DNA from: Armatimonadota bacterium
GTDB taxonomy: Bacteria > Armatimonadota > Fimbriimonadia > Fimbriimonadales > GBS-DC
Direction of reading: 5' to 3'
Assembly: GCA_037444405.1 (NCBI GenBank)
Contig: JBBIML010000034.1
Span: forward strand, 1-23,586
Length of the DNA: 23,586 nucleotides
Below the pieces are notes generated by a model. The model worked only from the letters and a program-made list of their open reading frames with translations, did not search any database and was not told the DNA's origin. Position numbers and translations under genes: made by a program. This document shows positions 16,614 through 23,586 of this stretch, piece by piece; positions within the stretch are counted from its first letter, which is position 1, and the number at the start of each line of letters is the position of its first letter.

Positions 16614-16676
16614 CGACTGCCCGAAGCTGAACAGCACGATCAGCATGCCGGCGTCGATCACCTGTCCGTCCCCGTC
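16614..16676 (-). pseudogene. Degenerate dockerin/EF-hand-like coding remnant
   Basis: Minus frame reads DGDGQVIDAGMLIVLFSFGQS, resembling the D-x-D-G-x-V-D-D-A-D-L-L-x-V-L-F-x-F-G module recalled from Armatimonadota secreted proteins. No complete gene around it. Confidence 0.5.
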
Positions 16677-16806
16677 ATGGAAACCTGTTGCGAAACTCTT
16701 TCGTTGCTGCAAACGCGAACCCACACGCGCCCCAGTCCCCAGCTCGCGCCTTCCTCCTGCTTCAGCAACCCGCCCGATACCCGTACGTGCCTCAGGAATC
16801 TTCAGG

Positions 16807-16812
16807 TACAAT
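16807..16812 (+). promoter_or_regulatory. Putative -10 element (aggTACAAT) for the PP2C gene
   Basis: Recurrent motif about 35 nt upstream of the start. Confidence 0.55.
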
Positions 16813-16844
16813 AGCTGCTGCAGGGCAAGCTCTGCCAGTGAAGT

Positions 16845-17693
16845 GTGGAGATGAACGAGGAAATCACAGCTGAGTTGAGTGTGGAGGAGTTGCAGGCGCC
16901 GCCTGCGGAGCCGCTGCGCGTGCTGCCCGTCGTGAAGTTCGTCGCCCGCAGCGAGATGGGCAAGGTGCGCGAAAACAACGAGGATAAGTTCGACTTCTAC
17001 GAACCCGACGAGCCGGAGCGACTGGCGGCGCGCGGCAGCGTCTATATGGTGTGCGACGGCATGGGCGGGCACGAGGCGGGGCAAATCGCCAGCGAGCTGG
17101 CGTGCAAACTGTTCCTGTACCACTACTATCACAGCGATGGTACACCCCAGCAGGCTGCTGAACGCGCCGTGCTGCAAGCCCACACCTACATCCAGCGCAT
17201 GGGTCAGGCGATACCCTCGCGCAAAGATATGGGCACCACGCTCACCGCGCTCATTATCCGCCAGGATGAGGGCATGCTGGTGCATGTGGGCGACAGCCGT
17301 TGCTATCGTCTGCGTGAGGGCGAACTGCAACCGCTCACGCGCGACCACTCGCTGGTGCAGGAGTGGGTCAGTCAGGGTCTGTTGCCACCCGAAGCTGCCC
17401 GCTATCATCCCTACAGCAGTGTCATCACGCAGGCAATCGGCGTGGAGGGCGAGCGGGGCGGTCTCAAGCCCGATATCGAAACCTTTCCCCTGCAGGTGGG
17501 CGACCTGTTCCTGCTTTGCTCCGACGGTCTGACCGATATGCTGGATGATTCCGAAATCGCGGAGATTCTGCGCACCTGCCCGCCCACGCAGGCTGCCTGG
17601 ACGCTCATCGACCGCGCCTTAGCCGAAGGCGGACGGGACAACATCACTGTCGTGCTGGTGCAGATTCGCGAGCTGCGACCTGTGAATGAATAA
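16845..17693 (+). CDS. PP2C/PPM-family Ser/Thr protein phosphatase (Stp1/PrpC-like)
   Basis: RENNED, VCDGMGG, MGTT, HVGDSR, LLCSDG and GGRDNIT motifs. Start is GTG 16845 or ATG 16851. Confidence 0.93.
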   Translation: MEMNEEITAELSVEELQAPPAEPLRVLPVVKFVARSEMGKVRENNEDKFDFYEPDEPERLAARGSVYMVCDGMGGHEAGQIASELACKLFLYHYYHSDGTPQQAAERAVLQAHTYIQRMGQAIPSRKDMGTTLTALIIRQDEGMLVHVGDSRCYRLREGELQPLTRDHSLVQEWVSQGLLPPEAARYHPYSSVITQAIGVEGERGGLKPDIETFPLQVGDLFLLCSDGLTDMLDDSEIAEILRTCPPTQAAWTLIDRALAEGGRDNITVVLVQIRELRPVNE

Positions 17694-17724
17694 GAAAATA
17701 CTTTGCTGGGCAGATACTCCTGTA

Positions 17725-18627
17725 TCATTTCGGCACAATCTGGCTCGCAGCCTGCCGGCTGCGCCATTGACCAAGCTGGACGCTGATAAGGGCGCCGAGA
17801 AAGAAGAGCATCGCGGAGACATAGACCCACAACAGCAGCACTACCAGCGAGCCGGCGGAGCCGTAGAGAGTGGCAAGTCCGCTGTGGGCAATATAGAGAC
17901 TCACCAGCGAACGCCCCAGCGTCAGCAGCAGCACGGCAACGACGGCGCCCAGTAAGGCGTGTCTCCAGCGCGGCTTCGCGGCGGGCAGAGCGCGATAGAG
18001 TAAAGCAAAACCCAGCGTCGCCAGCACGGGCACAAGGGCACGACTGAGCCACGCCAACAGCCCATAAAGGGGTGGTAGCGTGTCCAGACGCTGCTTAAGC
18101 ACCTGCACCACCACCTCCAGCACCACGCTGACGCACAGCAACAGCGCCAGCAGCAGCACGCCCAGCATGGCGATGAACCGACCCAATAACCACTGCACGA
18201 TCGCTGGCTCATCGGGTTTCGCTTCCCAAAACTCATCTAACGATGTTTTAATGGTCTGGAGCAGCCCTGACGCACCCCAGAGGGTCAGCAGCAGCCCAAC
18301 GAGCGTCGCGCCTGCTCCAGAACCCCGCTGCACCGTCTGCTCGATAAACTGCCGAAGCGGTTGGGCAGCCGCCTCACCAAGGGTACGAGCCGCAAGCTTG
18401 AGAATCTGCTCGCTGACCTGCTGCGTACCCAGCCACAAACTGCCGATGCCTGTCAGCACCAGCAGCATTGGCACCAGCACCAGCAGTGTGTAGAACGCCA
18501 GCGCCGCAGCATGGCGTGGTATCGCGTGCCGCGACCAGAGCGCGCCGAGCTGGATCAGGAACTGAGCTGCAGGCTTCTCCTGAAGGCGCCGCCAGCGGGC
18601 TTCTGCCTTGTGCAGGGGTGAGCGCAC
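17725..18627 (-). CDS. YihY/virulence factor BrkB family membrane protein
   Basis: AAALAFYTLL, LYRALP and YGSAGSLVVLLLWVY motifs. GTG 18627 follows GGAG, just downstream of the mutL stop. Confidence 0.88.
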   Translation of the reverse strand: MRSPLHKAEARWRRLQEKPAAQFLIQLGALWSRHAIPRHAAALAFYTLLVLVPMLLVLTGIGSLWLGTQQVSEQILKLAARTLGEAAAQPLRQFIEQTVQRGSGAGATLVGLLLTLWGASGLLQTIKTSLDEFWEAKPDEPAIVQWLLGRFIAMLGVLLLALLLCVSVVLEVVVQVLKQRLDTLPPLYGLLAWLSRALVPVLATLGFALLYRALPAAKPRWRHALLGAVVAVLLLTLGRSLVSLYIAHSGLATLYGSAGSLVVLLLWVYVSAMLFFLGALISVQLGQWRSRQAASQIVPK

Positions 18628-18631
18628 TATC

Positions 18632-20605
18632 TCAACTCCGTTTGAACCGTCGTTCCAACTCGTCCCAGCTGAGCGTGAGGGTGATGGGACGCCCGTGCGG
18701 GCACAGGTAGGGGTTCTGCGTGCGGGCGAGGTCTTCAATCAGCTTCTGCATTTCGGGCAGGCTGAGCGGGTCGCCCGCCTTGACCGCCAGCTTGCACGCG
18801 GTGGTAATCCAGATTTGCTCCCGTGCCAGCGGCAGCCGCCGCGCGACCGACAGCTCCACCAGTTCGTCGATAATGTCGCGCAGGGTGTTGATGGCGTCGC
18901 GCCCCGTCAGTGCAGCGGGGATGGAGCGCACCAGATAGGTGTCGGTGCCGAACGGCTCCAGCTCGAACCCCAGCCGATTCAGTTCGTCCAGTCGCTCCTG
19001 CAGGAGCAACGCGCTGCGTCGGTCAAGCGTGAGCGGTTCAGGCGTGAGCAGGGGCTGGCGTGGCACGGGCGTGCCGCCACGCTGCTCGCAGAACTGCTCA
19101 TACAGCACGCGCTCGTGCGCCACATGCTGGTCGATAATCACCAGCCCTCTGCGCGTGGAGGCAACGATGAAGGTGTTCTGCACCTGCCCCAGAATGCGCA
19201 AATCGTCCAGCAAGTGCGCGAAGGGCAGATGGGCGGTCTCCAGCGGCGCAGTTTCAGCGGGTTCGAACTCCAGCAGCGTCTCTAACTGGGTGGCTGCGGG
19301 TTCAGATGCGACTGGCTCGGCTTCAGGTGGCGCAGTTGACGGCGCAGCTTCGGGCGGCGCCAGCCCCGCGCGTTGCAACAGCAGCCGATGTACCGTGCCC
19401 ACATCGGGCACATATGGCTCGGCGCCTCCTCTGCTCGCTGGCGCAATACCCTCCCGACCCTCTCGCCTCTCTGACGAGAGACCCTCCTGACCCCCTCTCC
19501 CCTCTGGGGAGAGGGTAGGGGTGAGGGGCGTATGGGACTGGGAAACATGGGGGCGCGCTGGCGGAACCGCCGTGCCGCCGACCGCCGACGGGATCATCCC
19601 ATGCTCCAGTAATGCGGCGCGTATCGCCTGCACCACCGCCTCGAACACATCGCCCTCGCGCTGGAACTTCACCTCGATCTTGGCAGGATGCACATTCACA
19701 TCCACCTGACGCGGGTCCAGATCGACCATCAGCACGCAGGCGGGATAGCGCTTTTCGGGTGTGAGCGTGCGGTACGCCTCATCGAGCGCGGCGGTCAGCG
19801 TCTTATTGCGCACGGGGCGCAGGTTCACATAAAAATACTGGTGCTGGCGTGTGGGGCGCGTGTGGTGTGGCGGCGCAATCAGCCCGTACACATGGATGCC
19901 GTCCCGTTCGTAGTTCACCTCCACCATGCCGCGCACCACCTCGCGCCCCCAGATCGCGGCGACCGCTGCCAGTCGCTCGCCGTTGCCCGGCGTGAACAGC
20001 AGCTCCTGACGCTCATGCACCAGTCGGAACGACACCTCGGGGAAAGCGAAGGCATAGCGCGTGACGGTCTCCAGAATGTGCCCCAGCTCGGTGGGCACGG
20101 TTTTGAGGAACTTGAGGCGGGCGGGCACATTGAAAAAGAGGTCGCGCACCGTGACGGTGGTGCCAATCGGTGCGCCCACCTCTTCAACGGCGGTGATCTC
20201 GCCGCCTGTCGCGACGACCCGCGTGCCGATCTCTTCCTCGTAGGCGCGGGTGATCAGCTCCAGTCGGCTCACGGCGGCGATGCTGGGCAGAGCCTCACCC
20301 CGAAAGCCCATCGTCTGAATGCGCAGCAAATCGCTATCGGTTCGGATTTTGGAGGTGGCATGGCGTTGCAAAGCGAGCAGGGCGTCCGCGCGCGTCATGC
20401 CGATGCCATCGTCACGCACGCGAATGAGCCTGCGCCCGCCCATCTCCACCTCCACCTCGATTCGTCGGGCGCCTGCGTCGAGGCTGTTCTCGATCAGCTC
20501 CTTGACGGCGGACGCAGGGCGCTCCACCACCTCCCCCGCCGCGATGCGGTTGACCACCGATTCGTCCAGCACCTGCACAGGGCGCCGTTCCGGGCGTGTT
20601 CGCAT
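18632..20605 (-). CDS. mutL: DNA mismatch repair endonuclease MutL
   Basis: IAAGEVVERPASAVKELIENSLDAG, HATSK, GFRGEAL and DVNVHPAK. Endonuclease motifs DQHVAHERVLYE, ACK and CPHGRP. The real start is ATG 20605, not the long ORF start at 21340. Confidence 0.97.
   Translation of the reverse strand: MRTRPERRPVQVLDESVVNRIAAGEVVERPASAVKELIENSLDAGARRIEVEVEMGGRRLIRVRDDGIGMTRADALLALQRHATSKIRTDSDLLRIQTMGFRGEALPSIAAVSRLELITRAYEEEIGTRVVATGGEITAVEEVGAPIGTTVTVRDLFFNVPARLKFLKTVPTELGHILETVTRYAFAFPEVSFRLVHERQELLFTPGNGERLAAVAAIWGREVVRGMVEVNYERDGIHVYGLIAPPHHTRPTRQHQYFYVNLRPVRNKTLTAALDEAYRTLTPEKRYPACVLMVDLDPRQVDVNVHPAKIEVKFQREGDVFEAVVQAIRAALLEHGMIPSAVGGTAVPPARPHVSQSHTPLTPTLSPEGRGGQEGLSSERREGREGIAPASRGGAEPYVPDVGTVHRLLLQRAGLAPPEAAPSTAPPEAEPVASEPAATQLETLLEFEPAETAPLETAHLPFAHLLDDLRILGQVQNTFIVASTRRGLVIIDQHVAHERVLYEQFCEQRGGTPVPRQPLLTPEPLTLDRRSALLLQERLDELNRLGFELEPFGTDTYLVRSIPAALTGRDAINTLRDIIDELVELSVARRLPLAREQIWITTACKLAVKAGDPLSLPEMQKLIEDLARTQNPYLCPHGRPITLTLSWDELERRFKRS
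19485..19528. repeat. CCCTCTCCCC/GGGGAGAGGG palindromic repeat inside mutL
   Basis: tcctgaccccctctcccctctggggagagggtaggggtgagggg; a near-identical copy lies at 23506-23553. Confidence 0.85.
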
Positions 20606-20644
20606 AAACAAAAGTATACCCGCAGGTGAGGTATCCTTCAGGCT
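20606..20644. promoter_or_regulatory. Divergent back-to-back leaderless promoters
   Basis: Minus strand: ggTATACT (20613-20618), 7 nt, ATG of mutL. Plus strand: ggTATCCT (20632-20637), 7 nt, ATG 20645. No SD for either gene. Confidence 0.7.
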
Positions 20645-21670
20645 ATGCGAGTCGAGGTGGTAGCGAAGGGACTGGAGGTGCCGTGGGCAATCGCATTTGC
20701 GCCCGACGGACGAATCTTTTTCACGGAGCGACCGGGGCGCGTGCGCGTGATCGAGAAGGGTCAGCTGCGCCCGCAACCGCTCGCGGTGATAGCCGACTGC
20801 GTGCATCGGGGCGAGGGCGGGCTGATGGGGCTGGCGCTGCATCCCAACTTCGCCCGCAACCACTGGCTCTATCTGGCTTACCTCTACAACCAGAACGGGC
20901 TGAAGGTGAAGGTGGTGCGCTATCGCGAGGCGGGCGACCGACTCGTGGAGCCGAAGGTGATTATTGAGGGCATCGAGGGCAGTTTCGTGCATGACGGCAC
21001 CGCGCTCGGCTTCGGACCCGACGGCAAGCTCTACATCACCACGGGCGACGCCGCCAAACGCGAGCTGTCCCAGCAACTGAACAGCCTCAACGGCAAGACA
21101 CTGCGCCTCAACGATGACGGAACCGTGCCGAAAGATAACCCCTTCGTGGGCAGAGCCGACGCCCGACCCGAAATCTGGTCGTACGGTCATCGCAACGCGC
21201 AGGGGCTCGACTGGCAACCGGGCACGGGGCTGATGTTCCAGTCGGAGCATGGTCCGTCGGGCTTCGATGGGCCGGGTGGGGGCGATGAGGTGAACATCGT
21301 GGAGCGCGGCAAAAACTACGGCTGGCCGCTGATCCACCATCGTCAGCAGGGTAGCGGGCTGGTATCGCCCCTGCTGGAGTACACGCCCGCCGTCGCGCCC
21401 GCAGGACTCGCCTTCTATCGGGGCGACCGCTTCCCCGAATGGAAGGGCAACCTGTTTGTCGCCTGCCTGCGCGGGGAGCGACTGATCCGTGTGGTGCTAA
21501 ATGGCAGGCGCGTGGTCAAAGAAGAGGCGTTGCTAATAGGCGAGTATGGACGCCTGCGAGCCGTCGCCTCCGGACCCGATGGCTATCTCTATGTATCCAC
21601 CTCCAATCGCGACGGGCGCGGGCGACCCCACCCCGATGATGACCGAATCCTGCGCCTCGCGCCACGCTAA
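20645..21670 (+). CDS. PQQ-dependent sugar dehydrogenase (glucose/sorbosone dehydrogenase beta-propeller family)
   Basis: GLEVPWAIAFAPDG, GEGGLMGLALHP, FGPDGKLYITTGD, SYGHRNAQG, DEVN, NYGWP and GRLRAV motifs. Confidence 0.92.
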   Translation: MRVEVVAKGLEVPWAIAFAPDGRIFFTERPGRVRVIEKGQLRPQPLAVIADCVHRGEGGLMGLALHPNFARNHWLYLAYLYNQNGLKVKVVRYREAGDRLVEPKVIIEGIEGSFVHDGTALGFGPDGKLYITTGDAAKRELSQQLNSLNGKTLRLNDDGTVPKDNPFVGRADARPEIWSYGHRNAQGLDWQPGTGLMFQSEHGPSGFDGPGGGDEVNIVERGKNYGWPLIHHRQQGSGLVSPLLEYTPAVAPAGLAFYRGDRFPEWKGNLFVACLRGERLIRVVLNGRRVVKEEALLIGEYGRLRAVASGPDGYLYVSTSNRDGRGRPHPDDDRILRLAPR

Positions 21671-21678
21671 TCAGCGGG

Positions 21679-21684
21679 TATGCT
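21679..21684 (+). promoter_or_regulatory. Putative -10 element (gggTATGCT) for etfBA
   Basis: Recurrent motif upstream of the AGGAGG SD. Confidence 0.5.
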
Positions 21685-21715
21685 CCCGTTAAACAGGAAG
21701 GAGGAGCCATCAACA

Positions 21716-22465
21716 ATGAAGATTGTTGTGAGTGTCAAGCGCGTTCCTGATCCCTACGCGAAGGTTGCACCAAATGCTGACGGAACCGATATCGCGCAGG
21801 ATGGGCTGCAATGGGCAGTGAACCCGTTTGATGAGATTGCCCTGGAGGAAGCGATTCGCCTGAAGGAGTCGGGCAAGGCGAGCGAGATTGTGGCGGTCTC
21901 CATCGGTGGCGAGGCGTGCCAGGAGCAGCTACGTACCGCGCTGGCGATGGGCGCCGACCGTGCCATTCTGGTTCAGACCGCCGAACGGTTAGACCCCCTC
22001 AGCGTCGCGCAGATTCTTGCCCGAATCTATCAGCGCGAGCAGCCCCAGCTGGTGCTGATGGGCAAACAAGCCATCGACACCGACGACAATCAGGTCGGGC
22101 AGATGCTGGCGGCGATTCTGGACCTGCCGCAGGCGACCTTCGCCTCAAAAATCACCCTCGAGAACGGCGCCGCGATAGTGGAGCGCGAAACGGACGGTGG
22201 TATAGAGACCATTCGCGTTCCCCTGCCAGCGGTGATTACCGCCGATTTGCGTCTGAACGAGCCGCGCTATGTGGCGCTGACGGGCATCGTGCGCGCCCGC
22301 AGCAAGCCGCTGGAGGTGATCACACCCGCTGATCTGGGCGTGAACCCGCAGGTACGCCTTCGGCTGATTGCTGTGGAGCGCCCGCCTGCGCGCCAGGCGG
22401 GCAAGCGCGTCGCCGATGTCAAGGAGCTGGTGCGCCTGCTCAAAGAGGAGGCGCGAGTCATCTGA
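21716..22465 (+). CDS. etfB: Electron transfer flavoprotein beta subunit
   Basis: MKIVVSVKRVPD, NPFDEIALEEA, ALAMGAD, GKQAID and LNEPRY motifs. AGGAGG SD before ATG 21716. Confidence 0.95.
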   Translation: MKIVVSVKRVPDPYAKVAPNADGTDIAQDGLQWAVNPFDEIALEEAIRLKESGKASEIVAVSIGGEACQEQLRTALAMGADRAILVQTAERLDPLSVAQILARIYQREQPQLVLMGKQAIDTDDNQVGQMLAAILDLPQATFASKITLENGAAIVERETDGGIETIRVPLPAVITADLRLNEPRYVALTGIVRARSKPLEVITPADLGVNPQVRLRLIAVERPPARQAGKRVADVKELVRLLKEEARVI

Positions 22466-22478
22466 AGGAGGCAAGCAA

Positions 22479-23447
22479 ATGAGAGTTTTAGTTGTTGCAG
22501 AAACGGACGGTCAGCAGGTTTCGGACAAGAGCCTGCCTGCGATTGCGTTCGCGCAACAGGTTGCGCCCGATTCGTTCGAGATTCTGGCGATTGGGCACGG
22601 CATCAGCGGTGTGGAACGGCTCGCGGGCTACGGCGCCCAGGGCGTGTGGGTCGCCGACGATGCGCGTTTGGCTCGCCCGCTGGCGGAACGGTACGCGCCC
22701 GTCGTGGCGCAGGCGGCTCGCCAGACAGGCGCCGAGCTGATTGTGGCGACCACCAGCACCTTCAGCCGCGACCTGCTGGCGCGTGTCGCAGGGTTAATGA
22801 ATACACCGATGCTGAGCGATATCACCGCCTTCACCGCCCAAAACGGGCGCTTTATCGTCAAGCGCCCTATCTATTCCGCCAACCTGATTGGCACTTTTGA
22901 GGTGGAGGGCACGCCCGTGGTGCTGACCGTGCGCGGTCCCGCGTGGGGCAAGCCGACCGCTCACTCAGACGGCTCGCCGATCCAGAGCTTTGCGCTCGCG
23001 GTGGAACTGCCCACACGCTCCGAGTGGATCAGCCTCAAGGGCGGTACGGGTGGACGCCCTGACCTCACGCAGGCGCGCGTGGTGGTGTCGGGCGGGCGAC
23101 CGCTCAGAGACCCCGAAACCTTTGAAAAATATATCGGCGGCTTGGCTGATGTGCTGGGCGGTGCGGTGGGCGCAACCCGCGCCGCCGTCGATGCCGGCAT
23201 CGCCCCCAACGAACTGCAGGTCGGTCAAACGGGCAAGACGGTCGCACCCGAACTCTATATCGCCGTCGCGGTCTCCGGCTCGGTGCAACACCTGGCGGGC
23301 ATGAAGGACTCCAGAGTGATTGTCGCCATCAACATCGATCCCGAAGCGCCCATCTTTCAGGTGGCGGACTACGGGCTGGTCGCCGACCTGTACGAGGTTG
23401 TGCCGCAGCTGATCGAGGAGCTGAAACAGGCAACAAGCAGCAGTTAG
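22479..23447 (+). CDS. etfA: Electron transfer flavoprotein alpha subunit
   Basis: [35 protein letters not shown] and [11 protein letters not shown] motifs. AGGAGG SD before ATG 22479. Confidence 0.95.
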   Translation: MRVLVVAETDGQQVSDKSLPAIAFAQQVAPDSFEILAIGHGISGVERLAGYGAQGVWVADDARLARPLAERYAPVVAQAARQTGAELIVATTSTFSRDLLARVAGLMNTPMLSDITAFTAQNGRFIVKRPIYSANLIGTFEVEGTPVVLTVRGPAWGKPTAHSDGSPIQSFALAVELPTRSEWISLKGGTGGRPDLTQARVVVSGGRPLRDPETFEKYIGGLADVLGGAVGATRAAVDAGIAPNELQVGQTGKTVAPELYIAVAVSGSVQHLAGMKDSRVIVAINIDPEAPIFQVADYGLVADLYEVVPQLIEELKQATSSS

Positions 23448-23475
23448 GGACGGGGGGTTGAATATTGGGGGTAGT

Positions 23476-23553
23476 GAACCTCCTCTCCATTACAGGAGAG
23501 GAGGTTCCTGACCCCTACCCTCTCCCCACTGGGGAGAGGGTAGGGGTGAAGGG
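23476..23553. repeat. Tandem hairpins downstream of etfA (palindromic repeat element, possible terminator)
   Basis: Perfect 13-bp IR GAACCTCCTCTCC-N6-GGAGAGGAGGTTC (23476-23507) and perfect 18-bp IR ACCCCTACCCTCTCCCCA-c-TGGGGAGAGGGTAGGGGT (23511-23547). Confidence 0.85.
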
Positions 23554-23586
23554 CATCCTTGCCTCTGGTTTGATTTTTCGAACGCC

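Noticed and set aside
16509..16800. Riboswitch or ncRNA in the long intergenic gap
   Set aside because: No recognisable conserved aptamer motif; a coding remnant explains part of it. A covariance-model search was not possible.
20606..21340. 245-aa N-terminal extension of MutL in the ORF track
   Set aside because: It is antisense to the dehydrogenase gene. MutL homology starts right after ATG 20605, which has its own -10.

Overview
GC-rich bacterial chromosomal window, densely coding, with about 21 genes and no rRNA, tRNA, CRISPR array or transposase seen. The type IV pilin-like H-X9-DG protein and a dockerin-like remnant suggest Armatimonadota (inference). Left half: conserved hypothetical protein, large polytopic membrane protein, MBL-fold hydrolase, orphan MalK/MsiK-type ABC ATPase, lower-GC vapBC module, secreted DxxGxDxY-repeat protein apparently co-transcribed with an acetyl-CoA-synthetase-like ligase, and a prepilin/H-X9-DG protein. 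Right half: E1a/E1b/E2 2-oxoacid dehydrogenase operon with no E3, a translationally coupled operon (small membrane protein, Zn-finger acidic protein, GNAT), ICMT-family methyltransferase, PP2C phosphatase, YihY, mutL, PQQ sugar dehydrogenase-like protein and etfBA. Non-coding highlights: a recurrent GG-TAYNMT -10 signature in front of 10 transcription units; a 39-bp gap with two back-to-back predicted leaderless promoters (mutL and dehydrogenase); a palindromic repeat found both downstream of etfA and in-frame in the mutL linker; a GTAG-type REP between 42-bp direct repeats; and an intergenic dockerin-like remnant. No complete novel multi-gene system can be proven from sequence alone. The best candidates are the Zn-finger/GNAT operon and the acyl-CoA ligase plus repeat protein pair.
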